From a virus (Duplodnaviria; Caudoviricetes), in the IMG/VR virus record IMGVR_UViG_3300042558_001390, positions 1 to 52,961 of that record: a stretch of 52,961 bases of DNA; one strand, given 5' to 3'. Positions 38,243-47,936 of the stretch are shown here, piece by piece. Position numbers and translations under genes: made by a program. The first letter of the stretch is position 1; every line of letters begins with the position of its first letter. A model generated the notes under the pieces. The model did no database searches. It had not been told where the DNA came from and was given only the letters and a program-made list of their open reading frames with translations.

Positions 38243-39673
38243 TTAACCGAAACGGAATAATACGAAGTTATTTGCACCTAAAGTACATACACATCTTTCA
38301 GATAAGAAGTTAACTTCCATTGCATCTAAGTCAGATGTTTGAGCGCCTCCGGCAGAACCTGTAATCCAAGTTTTGTAACGTCTGTCCTCAGCTTCAGAAG
38401 CTCTATATCTTACGTGTAAGAATGGACGTTTAGCGTTTTTACCTAAGATTTGGTCATACACTGAAGTAGAACCAGCAGGAACCATCAAACCTGTAATTGT
38501 ACCTGTAGCCGTAGCAGCAGTAGTATTTAAACCACCACGCATAGTTGGATCGTTCAAATATTTCCAATCAGATTTGTAGAAATCGTAACCTCTACGGAAT
38601 CCTGTGAAACCTAAGTTTAATGCCATATCAATATCATTGTCAAATAAACCAAATGATGCAGACTGAGCAACACCACCTGAAGTGTATCCATTCAATGTAG
38701 CTAACATATTGTCGATGTCGAAAGACAATCCACGGTTAACAAATAAAGCATTTTCTTCAATAGCACCTTGTTTATCTAAACGAGAAACGATAGAATCCCA
38801 ATCAGTTAAAGTAGTTGGTGTACCACCTCCCCAAACGTTACCTCTATTGTTTACAACGTAGAAGATACCTTCAGACCCACCTTGACCATTTCCACCTAAT
38901 ACAGCAGAAGCTCCTGAGTTGTTCTCAGCAGGAACAGCCTCAATCATTGCAGTCTCTAAATAGTCTTCAAAACGCAAACGAGTTTCGTGCTCTGATTTTA
39001 AGTACCATAAGTAACCTGTAGCACCATTCTCAGTGGTAACTTCAACCCAACCGATTTGAGCCATGTCAGAACCATTAACAGCATATTTATCTTTAATGAT
39101 AATAGGCTTGTTAGAGAAGATTGTATCTTCTGATTCTAAAGAACCAACCATTCCATTAGTTCCTTTTTTGAACTCAGAACCGTAAATAAATACAGTACAT
39201 TGAGTAGATACAGCAAATGCTTGACCTGCTGCTTCGTAGTAAGCTACCGTAAAAGTAGTTGCAGAAGGGACAGCAGTTACAATTCCTTTGTTGAAAACAC
39301 CTGAAGCGTTGTTTTGAATCATTACAGTTTGACCAACTCTAATTGCGATGTAAGTAACACCTGCATCAGCAACAGCAAAAGTAGCAGTCGGTGAAGCTGC
39401 TGCTGCATTTGAAGTACAGTTAGTGTACTTAATGTGAAGACGACCTTGTTCTGCCCATTTGATTTGGTCAGAGTTAGAAGGCATCTCAGCACCTACCATT
39501 CTCAAGAATGATGCGATGGTTCTATTACCATAACGCTCAAATTCTTTTTCGTAAGTATCAGGAAGATACTGATTTAAGAAGTTGAAGTTGGTAATGTAGT
39601 TTGTCTGTAACGCTACTTGCTCAGCCGCTGGCTGTAAAGCAAAAGTAGGATTAGATAATAATGTACCTGCCAT
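38243..39673 (-). CDS. Major capsid protein
   Basis: 476 aa after portal and scaffold; biased codon usage; IKWAEQGRLH, YGSEFKKG, LGFTGFRRG. Confidence 0.85.
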   Translation of the reverse strand: MAGTLLSNPTFALQPAAEQVALQTNYITNFNFLNQYLPDTYEKEFERYGNRTIASFLRMVGAEMPSNSDQIKWAEQGRLHIKYTNCTSNAAAASPTATFAVADAGVTYIAIRVGQTVMIQNNASGVFNKGIVTAVPSATTFTVAYYEAAGQAFAVSTQCTVFIYGSEFKKGTNGMVGSLESEDTIFSNKPIIIKDKYAVNGSDMAQIGWVEVTTENGATGYLWYLKSEHETRLRFEDYLETAMIEAVPAENNSGASAVLGGNGQGGSEGIFYVVNNRGNVWGGGTPTTLTDWDSIVSRLDKQGAIEENALFVNRGLSFDIDNMLATLNGYTSGGVAQSASFGLFDNDIDMALNLGFTGFRRGYDFYKSDWKYLNDPTMRGGLNTTAATATGTITGLMVPAGSTSVYDQILGKNAKRPFLHVRYRASEAEDRRYKTWITGSAGGAQTSDLDAMEVNFLSERCVCTLGANNFVLFRFG

Positions 39674-39693
39674 TTTTTTTTAATTTTTAAGTT

Positions 39694-40812
39694 TTACATT
39701 TTTTTAATACTACGGATTTTAAGGCTTCTACCCGAATCAGGGTTTACCGCTTTTACCTGAATACCTTCTGTAACTCTCCCAACCTCAGGTGCTCTATTTT
39801 CAGACATTTGGATGTTTTTAATACTCCTCATTGTGCCGTCAACAGCATCTGCTTTACCTTGCTCATAAAAGAAATCAGCAAATTTATCAGGATTCATTGC
39901 TACAGCTAATGCTCTGTGGTATCCTTCTGCGTCTTTCATTAAACCTTGCTCATCTAAAAACCTATTTATAAAGTTTGCAGGAGTAGATTGTAATTTTCTC
40001 AACTCATTTCGATCCCCAGGATTAAAAGAGACTTTTTTGTCTTTCAGAGCAAATTCAAAACCTTTGAATTTATCTGAGAAAACTTCGTCAGACTTTTGGT
40101 CAAACCATTGTCTTTTTCTTTCGCTCTCTTCTTCATAGCTATTAGCCTGCTCGGTATATTGCTTATACTTTTCGTAAATTTCTTTCTGCTCTTCAGAAAT
40201 AGATTCTACTCTTGACTCAAGAGGTATTCTGTATTTTTCTTTCTGAGCATTAAAAAACTTCTTAGCTTCAGCAACTGCCTTTTTCGTTTCTAATTTTATT
40301 TTTCTAATTGCTGATTCATCATCAATGTCTTCATCATATCTATAGTCATCCATTAAAACATCTATATCATCTGCGTCAAGACCTTCTTGCGTAGAACTTA
40401 AATACTCTCTTAAAAGAGTTTCAGGTTCCATAGAATCAACATCTCTATTTAGTTGCATAAAGTCATTTATGCCTCTACCTGTTTCTTGCTTGTATTTTAA
40501 ATAAGCAACAACATCCTCAGGTAAAGCCTCAGACTCTTCTCTTTGTGCTGTTAATTCGTCTAATGAATTAATCTGCTTATTATATCTTTTTCCAATATAT
40601 GAAAGAACTTGATCTTCTGACAACTCATAAGAACTATCATCATCTGCGGGCGACACATCAGCAGGTGTCGTTTCAACAGGTGGCACATCAGCCGGTTGTT
40701 GATTACTAACATCTGCAAATTGTTGCTCGTGTCTATCAAGCAATTCTTGCTCTACTTGTACGGCACTTTTTTGCTCAGCACCGTCTAAAGATCTTACTGT
40801 AAATTTTTCCAT
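39694..40812 (-). CDS. Probable capsid scaffolding protein
   Basis: Very acidic, helical; between portal and capsid. Confidence 0.7.
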   Translation of the reverse strand: MEKFTVRSLDGAEQKSAVQVEQELLDRHEQQFADVSNQQPADVPPVETTPADVSPADDDSSYELSEDQVLSYIGKRYNKQINSLDELTAQREESEALPEDVVAYLKYKQETGRGINDFMQLNRDVDSMEPETLLREYLSSTQEGLDADDIDVLMDDYRYDEDIDDESAIRKIKLETKKAVAEAKKFFNAQKEKYRIPLESRVESISEEQKEIYEKYKQYTEQANSYEEESERKRQWFDQKSDEVFSDKFKGFEFALKDKKVSFNPGDRNELRKLQSTPANFINRFLDEQGLMKDAEGYHRALAVAMNPDKFADFFYEQGKADAVDGTMRSIKNIQMSENRAPEVGRVTEGIQVKAVNPDSGRSLKIRSIKKM

Positions 40813-40833
40813 TTGATTTGATTTAATTTGCTA

Positions 40834-40841
40834 CAAATATA
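40834..40841 (-). promoter_or_regulatory. Bacteroidota-type -7 element (TATATTTG on - strand)
   Basis: CAAATATA on + strand 21 nt from scaffold ATG. Confidence 0.65.
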
Positions 40842-40859
40842 TAATATTTTTTTTATTTT

Positions 40860-43295
40860 TTATCTAGGCTCAAATTCTGACAAATCAAAGCCGTCTAAAC
40901 TATCCTCATTTGATTCGAAATTCAATGGTGGAAGATTGTTCTTTCTTTGATTTATTAGTTTTGATTGTTCAGTATTTTGCTGACTTATCCTTTTGGCTTT
41001 AGCAGTTTCTCTTTCTTTCTCTCTAACACTAAGACTTTCAACTTCCATACCATTTAATTGCTGATTATAACTAAATTCTTCAGCCATTAATTGAGATTTA
41101 AGTTCAGATTGTCTTTCAAGTAATTGCATATCAAAAGCAACTTCAGCTTGTTTTAACTGCATTTTAGCTTCTGTCTCTAATTGTATTTTTTGCATAGCAG
41201 TCTGTGAAGCCATCTGTTGAGATTGCATTTGCATCTGAGCGGTCATTTGTTGTTTTTGCATTTCCGACTGCTCTTGACGCTCTTGCTTCTTAACTCGTTT
41301 CAATTTTAATAATTGGTTTGCAAGTTTAAGATTTTTAATCTCACGAATATCAATAGCATCTTCAAGATTAATATCTCCTTTAGATAGCGCCATTTGAATA
41401 TTTCCTTCAAGCTGAGCTTTTTGTTCTTCATCAGGAGAAATCTCAATAAAGATACCAAAGTCATAAATGTAAAGGTCTTTAATCTCATTTAATATTGACA
41501 CATTAAATCTACCTATTTTATTTATAAAGTCTTCTTTAAAATCAGAGTACTCTAAAATATCAGCAACTCTATAAGTAAGAGCTTCAGATAAAGTTTTGTA
41601 AATATAAAGACCACCTTCAAGGATATGTCTTGTAGCTGTATTTGAATTTAACGCTGCTAATTTTTGAACACCAACTAAAGAGTTAGGATCGGGAGTAGAG
41701 CCATCTCTAGCTTCATTTAATCCGGTTACTGACCTAATCATATCTAAATAATGATTATAGTTAGCAATCAACATCTGTGTTTTAGATGCTCCTGAATTTG
41801 AAGTCAGTTGAGTAATAGGCACTCTCGCATTATTAAACTCTCCATCTTGAGTATAACTACGTCCAATAACAGAACCCGTTTGGAAATATAATCTTAATGC
41901 ATCTTCAGGATTATAGGCAGCGCCTGTACCTAAATCAACTTCATTTAAACCATCGGCATCAATGAACACTCCGTCAGGAACTGTTCTATTAATAACTTGT
42001 TGAAGTTTTAAGTGTGTAAGTTGAATAAGGTCAGCAAAAGGAATCATTCTACGAACCAAAGACTCAATAACTCCTTTATACATACGTGGAGCACACGCTA
42101 CGTAATTTGGTATTGCGTGTTGAGAAGAAGACTTAGGTCTAACCATGTTTTTGGAAAGGTCCCATTTTAAAAGAATATTAGTTCCCATAACCATAACACC
42201 TTCATACCAAACGTCAATAGTTTTTTCTATCTTCTCAAAACCACCTTCTTCCATCATTTCTGAAGGAGGGTTGAAAGTATCATCTTTCTCAATAACTCTT
42301 GAATTTCCATTCTCAAGTTTTTTCTTTTTATAAACTACTTTTTTACTAGTCTTATAGTTGAAGTACAATAAAGTACAAGTATCTCTTGAGAATACACTAT
42401 TTTGATAAAACTGAGCAACATTAAAATAATCATACCAAGCTTGACTATATTGAGATATTTCTTGTAAATCTTCTTTAGTAATTGATTGGTCTATCTTATA
42501 TAACTCAGTAATAGGTACTGTTTTAATTTCTCCCCAATAAAAACAATCTTTAAAAAACGGATCCTCAGTATAGCTATAAACAACATTAGCAGGGTCCACA
42601 TAAGAAACTTTAACACCTGAACCTTGTAAGAACTCGTGTTTAGCGACACCTATACCAAGTACAGTCGCGTCATAATCAATTCTTTTTCTTATATCGTAAT
42701 AATTGTTTTCTTCAAAAATTGTGTTAATAGCCTCTTCTTCAGCTATTTCAATAGCAGGCTTATAGTTGAGCTGCATATATAAATTCAATTCATCATCATT
42801 ATTCGGAAGCTCATTAGGGTCCATAATAAATGGATTAACTCCTGAAAGCTCTTGAATTTGAGAAAGTATTTCTTTACCGGCCACTTGAGACTCAAGCATT
42901 TCTTGATACTTATTTCTTTTAGATTGAGACATAGCATCTTGTGCGTATGCTTTTACCTTAAATAGTCTATCGCACATTCCGTTAACGACAACATCAACAA
43001 ACTTAGGTATAATAGGCACAGGTGTCCAATCTAAGTTTAGATAAGATAAATCTCCATCTATTGCTAATTCATTTTTATATTTAGCTACAGATTGCTCTCC
43101 TCTTGCGTAAAGTCTTAATTTGTTAAATTCTGCCCATTGGCTGTAATACCTGCAAGATGTTCCGTCTTTTCTGAACCACTCATATTGAATAGCTTGCCCA
43201 ACTTGTAAACCAAATTGAGAAGACGCTTTTTCCGAATCAGAAGCTAACTGAGTTGGAAATGCTGACGATGTAATATCTATTGTTATGTTTTTCAT
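40860..43295 (-). CDS. Portal protein
   Basis: 811 aa directly after terminase; PIIPKFVDVVV, TGLNEARDG; Gln/Met-rich C-terminal coiled coil typical of podoviral portals. Confidence 0.85.
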   Translation of the reverse strand: MKNITIDITSSAFPTQLASDSEKASSQFGLQVGQAIQYEWFRKDGTSCRYYSQWAEFNKLRLYARGEQSVAKYKNELAIDGDLSYLNLDWTPVPIIPKFVDVVVNGMCDRLFKVKAYAQDAMSQSKRNKYQEMLESQVAGKEILSQIQELSGVNPFIMDPNELPNNDDELNLYMQLNYKPAIEIAEEEAINTIFEENNYYDIRKRIDYDATVLGIGVAKHEFLQGSGVKVSYVDPANVVYSYTEDPFFKDCFYWGEIKTVPITELYKIDQSITKEDLQEISQYSQAWYDYFNVAQFYQNSVFSRDTCTLLYFNYKTSKKVVYKKKKLENGNSRVIEKDDTFNPPSEMMEEGGFEKIEKTIDVWYEGVMVMGTNILLKWDLSKNMVRPKSSSQHAIPNYVACAPRMYKGVIESLVRRMIPFADLIQLTHLKLQQVINRTVPDGVFIDADGLNEVDLGTGAAYNPEDALRLYFQTGSVIGRSYTQDGEFNNARVPITQLTSNSGASKTQMLIANYNHYLDMIRSVTGLNEARDGSTPDPNSLVGVQKLAALNSNTATRHILEGGLYIYKTLSEALTYRVADILEYSDFKEDFINKIGRFNVSILNEIKDLYIYDFGIFIEISPDEEQKAQLEGNIQMALSKGDINLEDAIDIREIKNLKLANQLLKLKRVKKQERQEQSEMQKQQMTAQMQMQSQQMASQTAMQKIQLETEAKMQLKQAEVAFDMQLLERQSELKSQLMAEEFSYNQQLNGMEVESLSVREKERETAKAKRISQQNTEQSKLINQRKNNLPPLNFESNEDSLDGFDLSEFEPR

Positions 43296-45556
43296 CTAAT
43301 TAATTGACTGTTAGTTCCATCATTTGAATACCTTGCGAAGTTAAGAATAATTTTTGAATCTTTTTTCTCAGGTAGATACAAATGCTTTTGATTAGCCATA
43401 ATAGCCAATCCAGAGCTAATTGAAGCGTCAAATTTAGTTCTGTCATTTATATCAAACCTCGCCCAATCCTCTAATGTTCTTATAAAAGGCATATTTCCAA
43501 TCTCATCAGGATCTCTATATATGCCCCCCATATCGAATCCAATATATTTTTCAATATAAGATTCAATAGCAGATGCGTGAGACTGCTTAACATCTTCAGA
43601 AGAGTTTGGTATTCCACCAAGTTCGCGTTCTGTTTTTGTAAGTTTATTGTATTGTTTGTCAGGTCTGTTTAGCGAAAACCCTCTATACCCTCTGTTTTTG
43701 AAATGATATAAAAGTCTTGGCTTATTGTTCTCTATAAGAATAGGCATACCATAAAAAACACAAGCCATAAGAACGTCTTCAAAAAATATCTCAGCGGTTT
43801 GAGGTCTAGCTATGTATTCTAAAAAGAACTCATTAGAAGGAGCCTCGTCCATATTAAATTTTGTCAATCCATGAAGAGAACCATTCGATCCTCTACCGCC
43901 AACTACGGCAGAAATATCATAAGGGTCGCAACCGAATGACCCTATATGTTCATTTCCAGGATATTTAATACCTCCTCTTATATGAACGTTATTTTGCAAA
44001 TGCTTTGCAGGCGTCCAACTAACTAAGAACCTGCCCCTGTTATCAGGAGTAAATATAACCTTAGTATCTTTCATTCCGTCTAACCAATGAAACGAACCTC
44101 TTGTCGTGTAGTGCTCTTTAATTAAACTGTCGTTATAATCTATCTGTTGGTATATCTTTGTAAGGTTGAATAAAGATTGTTTACTCTCATCTCTAAAAGC
44201 GTGAGATTCTGTTCTTGGAAACTGACGATAAAACTCATTAAGTGCATCAGCATCATTCTTTAACGAATCAACCTCTGCCTCCCAATAATCAATAGCTCCA
44301 TTTTTTATCCAAGAATTATCAACTCCCATTATTAGTTCCTTTGGTTTATAGAATACAGGCATACCATATTTATCAATAAAACCTTCCATATTCCACTCCA
44401 TAGGAATAAATAATGAATATAGCCCTGATTTAGTTTGTCCATTGGCATTTCTAATTGTAACATTAGAATCCTCATACATATCCTTGTAGTTTTGACCACC
44501 TTTTGATAAAGCATTTGAGGTTGAACCCATCATACACTTCCCAATAATCTTAGAACCTAATCGAAGACACGTTTTAGTTACTCGCCAATTCTCTTTAATA
44601 TTGTTTGGCTTAGTCCATTTACCACTCTCATCGTGAGCTAAAAATAAAAGTTTTTCCCCGTCATACGAGTTATCTTCTGTATTCTTCCAATCTATTGATG
44701 TATCTAATCCCTGTATTATTTCAGCCTCTGAATCATACATATTTTTCTTTGTAATCTTAGAAGCAGGCACTCTAAACGCTAATTCTGTTTTAGGTTTATC
44801 CATACCGTCCATAATAGGTTTAAAGAAAAATGGCAGTCTGCTATTTATAGGAACAACTTTGTCTGTAAACATTTTTTTAGCATCCGCTCCTGTCTTAGAC
44901 AATATACCAATTCGGGAGTCTCTTGCAAGAGTACCAATATTTATAGCCTCTGAAGAAGACATAAAAGAAAAACCTGAACGTCTGATTTTTAGATATATCA
45001 TTCCGAAACATCTCTCATCAGCTTTGCAGGCTTCCCAAAATAACCAATAAATTCTATTTGCTTCACGAAAGTCAGGATAACCAACGTCAATACTTGACCA
45101 TTGAAGATACATATAGTGAGAACCTGTTATGTAGGTTTTTACCCCATTATTCATAAACCAAGTCCCCTGTTCTCTAAAATCGAACTCCTGTTCAATGTAA
45201 TCTACCCATCTGTTTTTAAATTCAGAAGGCGTTTCATTCCATTGGAATATTGATTGTATTCTTTCTAAAGATTTAGGCAATGGTTGTCTTTCCCAATATT
45301 GCTCAGCTTTAGCTTTGTCTCTTTGGAAACATTTTTCAGGAGCAAGTGGTATTGCTATGTAGACACCTGAAATATTTATCACATCTCCGATTTGTCCTGT
45401 TTTAGAAATAACTACTACATTGTATTGCTCATTATAACCATATAGCCAAGACTTATTTCTATTTTTATTAGAAATAACTGCCTTAGGTATATAGTCATTG
45501 ACTACAGTGTATAAATTATCTTGACCTTCTTTCAGCAAACCCTTGTTTTGTATCAA
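43292..45556 (-). CDS. terL: Terminase large subunit (TTG start; start uncertain)
   Basis: KIRRSGFS Walker A variant, HDESGKW Walker B, MGST, nuclease GCDPYD, IENN. Confidence 0.9.
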   Translation of the reverse strand: MIQNKGLLKEGQDNLYTVVNDYIPKAVISNKNRNKSWLYGYNEQYNVVVISKTGQIGDVINISGVYIAIPLAPEKCFQRDKAKAEQYWERQPLPKSLERIQSIFQWNETPSEFKNRWVDYIEQEFDFREQGTWFMNNGVKTYITGSHYMYLQWSSIDVGYPDFREANRIYWLFWEACKADERCFGMIYLKIRRSGFSFMSSSEAINIGTLARDSRIGILSKTGADAKKMFTDKVVPINSRLPFFFKPIMDGMDKPKTELAFRVPASKITKKNMYDSEAEIIQGLDTSIDWKNTEDNSYDGEKLLFLAHDESGKWTKPNNIKENWRVTKTCLRLGSKIIGKCMMGSTSNALSKGGQNYKDMYEDSNVTIRNANGQTKSGLYSLFIPMEWNMEGFIDKYGMPVFYKPKELIMGVDNSWIKNGAIDYWEAEVDSLKNDADALNEFYRQFPRTESHAFRDESKQSLFNLTKIYQQIDYNDSLIKEHYTTRGSFHWLDGMKDTKVIFTPDNRGRFLVSWTPAKHLQNNVHIRGGIKYPGNEHIGSFGCDPYDISAVVGGRGSNGSLHGLTKFNMDEAPSNEFFLEYIARPQTAEIFFEDVLMACVFYGMPILIENNKPRLLYHFKNRGYRGFSLNRPDKQYNKLTKTERELGGIPNSSEDVKQSHASAIESYIEKYIGFDMGGIYRDPDEIGNMPFIRTLEDWARFDINDRTKFDASISSGLAIMANQKHLYLPEKKDSKIILNFARYSNDGTNSQLIR

Positions 45557-45800
45557 TTATATTTCCTCCTTTTTCAGACAGCTCTATACTCTCTTTCTCA
45601 GCTTCAATTCTATTTAGAATTTCAAACGCATCAAATATAGCTAATTTCTTCGTTGCTGCTGCATTTTTTAGCTTATCAGCAGCCAAGTCATCTCCTTCGC
45701 TATTTGGGTCCAATATGGAATCCTCAGCAACCTTGATTAGTTCTTCTACAGCTTTATGTCCTGCTGCTATGATTTTCAGCTTTATATCTTTTGTGCTCAT
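45516..45800 (-). CDS. Probable terminase small subunit
   Basis: 94 aa helical protein overlapping the terL start; positional only. Confidence 0.5.
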   Translation of the reverse strand: MSTKDIKLKIIAAGHKAVEELIKVAEDSILDPNSEGDDLAADKLKNAAATKKLAIFDAFEILNRIEAEKESIELSEKGGNIIDTKQGFAERRSR

Positions 45801-45803
45801 ATA

Positions 45804-46370
45804 CTATCTGTAAAACATTACATAAACCATTCTTCCTTCTTTCCAACCTGTGTTTGGATACTTACTATGAAAATAATTCGATGGATACATAACCGCTCTA
45901 TTAGGTCTATAACCAACTACAGAGTGTAAATCCCAATTATCTAAAATATTAGCTTCTTCTAAAAGAAATCTATTAGCTTCCTCGTCAGAAGTATCTAAAG
46001 GCATTTCATACCCAACTTCTTTATGTTTCCAAAATGCAGTACCGTGAAGACCTTCTTTTGTTGATTCAGATATATATAATACTAAAGCTCTCTCAGGTCT
46101 AATATCCCCTACTTTTGAATCAGCGTGTATTCTCCAATCAGTATCTAACTCTTCTGTTGCTACTCTAAAGAAACCTAACAAACACTCTCTCTTGACACCA
46201 TCTATTTCACTTAATTTATCAAGAACTAAGTTATCAAATTCCTCATTAGTATATTGGACCCAAAAAGGTTTATCTCCAACTTCTACTCTGATAAATTCAT
46301 TCTCAGATAAGTGTTTATAAACAGATTCGTAAATTTCTTCTTCTAAAAAATTATCTACAACATTTATCAT
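45804..46370 (-). CDS. 2OG-Fe(II) oxygenase superfamily protein
   Basis: VVDNFL, IHAD, LVLYI, GTAFW, NRAVMYPS..FHS, GR. Confidence 0.85.
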   Translation of the reverse strand: MINVVDNFLEEEIYESVYKHLSENEFIRVEVGDKPFWVQYTNEEFDNLVLDKLSEIDGVKRECLLGFFRVATEELDTDWRIHADSKVGDIRPERALVLYISESTKEGLHGTAFWKHKEVGYEMPLDTSDEEANRFLLEEANILDNWDLHSVVGYRPNRAVMYPSNYFHSKYPNTGWKEGRMVYVMFYR

Positions 46371-46930
46371 ATCTTCATTGTTATTTGATGGTCATACATT
46401 CTATACATCTTTTCTCCTTCGATAGTAAATTCATATTCGCTATCAGGCTTAAAACATACAAGGTCTCCTGAGTTTATTCCTTGACTAATCAAGTATTCGT
46501 TTGGATACACCATCTTAGCCATAAGAGGTTCTTCTTTGAATGGTTTTTTTATATACGATTCAATTGCTGGAATTGGCTTTACAAAACAATATCTATCGTA
46601 TGCAAACCACTTGTCTTTCTTGTTATACATAAAGAATTGGTCAGTCTCAATAAAGAACAAATCGTCTTTAAAAAAACTTTTTCCGCTCTTTTGACGACCT
46701 CGCATATCATTATAAAACTTAAAAGCGTTATGATGAACAAGTAAGGTGTCTCCTATTTCTATAGGACCGGTATAGCCTAAAGGTAATTCTACAACTTCAG
46801 CGTATCGGTTAGAATATCTATAGTCCTCTTCTGAGGTACTAAGTATAAATTCCACTCCAGCTATGTCTTTTGTGTTGTCGTATCTTTTACCTTTTTTTGG
46901 CTTTGCAATAAAGTAAAAAGGAGATTTCAT
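46367..46930 (-). CDS. GroES-like co-chaperonin (two tandem GroES-like halves)
   Basis: AEVVELP...IEIGDTLLVHH and CFVKP...INSGDLVCF...FTIEGEKMYRM. Confidence 0.6.
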   Translation of the reverse strand: MKSPFYFIAKPKKGKRYDNTKDIAGVEFILSTSEEDYRYSNRYAEVVELPLGYTGPIEIGDTLLVHHNAFKFYNDMRGRQKSGKSFFKDDLFFIETDQFFMYNKKDKWFAYDRYCFVKPIPAIESYIKKPFKEEPLMAKMVYPNEYLISQGINSGDLVCFKPDSEYEFTIEGEKMYRMYDHQITMKI

Positions 46931-47157
46931 TAAAAATTTATATTATATTCGATTGAAATTGGAACTGTAAAGGTAAACTCTTTCCACAAAACTACCTCTT
47001 TTTTTTCGTTAATAATGTAAATTAATATGTCTCTTGTGTTTGGAATCCTCTTAATAAGATGAACCTCATTTGAGTCTCCAAGTACTTTTTGACCAATTAT
47101 ATAGTGCATTGCGCCACTTTTATAGTCAGGTCCAATTGATATTTTTCTTATATCCAT
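46930..47157 (-). CDS. Hypothetical protein
   Basis: 75 aa, TAATG-coupled to next gene. Confidence 0.7.
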   Translation of the reverse strand: MDIRKISIGPDYKSGAMHYIIGQKVLGDSNEVHLIKRIPNTRDILIYIINEKKEVVLWKEFTFTVPISIEYNINF

Positions 47158-47160
47158 AAA

Positions 47161-47487
47161 TTAAAGAATAAATGTTATAAACAATAAAGATGCCGAAATC
47201 CCTCCCCACGCTCCTGCAAAAACATCGTTCCAATCAAATACAGCTCTCCCTCTATCTTCAAGATAACTTTCTCTAATAAGATTACCTGTATACACTAAGA
47301 ACCAACCTGCTACTAAAGCTATTAGAATTATTGGATAGAATGACATAAGAGCAAGAACAATACCTAGAGTTAGAAAAAAATGCAAATAATACCTATTCTT
47401 TATGAAATTATTTCCAAATATTCTTGGAGGACTGACTAAGAAGTTAATTGCGTTTTTTACTAAATTTTTAAATGCTGTTGATTTCAT
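47161..47487 (-). CDS. Membrane protein
   Basis: Three hydrophobic segments; LHF...E...DWND. Confidence 0.65.
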   Translation of the reverse strand: MKSTAFKNLVKNAINFLVSPPRIFGNNFIKNRYYLHFFLTLGIVLALMSFYPIILIALVAGWFLVYTGNLIRESYLEDRGRAVFDWNDVFAGAWGGISASLLFITFIL

Positions 47488-47924
47488 AGTGTAATTGAAT
47501 TTGATTGTATAAATATTTGATTAACCTCTGTATCAGAAAGCCCTAGATATGATTGAAGAAATCCAATTGTAGCAGAGTGTCTGTCAATGGAGTTTCCGTA
47601 ATTCCAAATGTAATTAGCTGCTGTTTTTTGAGGCTCCGGCAATGTTTCCAACGCTGCAGAAACAGACTGCTCAAGATTCATTTGAGAGAGAATAAACCTA
47701 AGTTTCCATAAAGCCACTTCAGAAGGTATATCAACAGCATTATAGTTATCGACATCTTCATCAGTAGCTCCTTCATATATCTCAAGTGTCTGTAAATTTA
47801 TAAATGGTTTAATAAAGCCATCTGTAGAAACAAAATCTATTTCCATTTCATTTTCTCCAAGTTCAACTTGTATAGCTGTTCCAAAAAGAACTTCTCCTGT
47901 GTTTTTATTTATAATCAATTTCAT
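47484..47924 (-). CDS. Probable tail fibre assembly/chaperone protein
   Basis: Directly downstream of tail fibre; IWNYGNSIDR...LGLSDTEVNQIF. Confidence 0.55.
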   Translation of the reverse strand: MKLIINKNTGEVLFGTAIQVELGENEMEIDFVSTDGFIKPFINLQTLEIYEGATDEDVDNYNAVDIPSEVALWKLRFILSQMNLEQSVSAALETLPEPQKTAANYIWNYGNSIDRHSATIGFLQSYLGLSDTEVNQIFIQSNSITL

Positions 47925-47936
47925 TATTGCATATTT

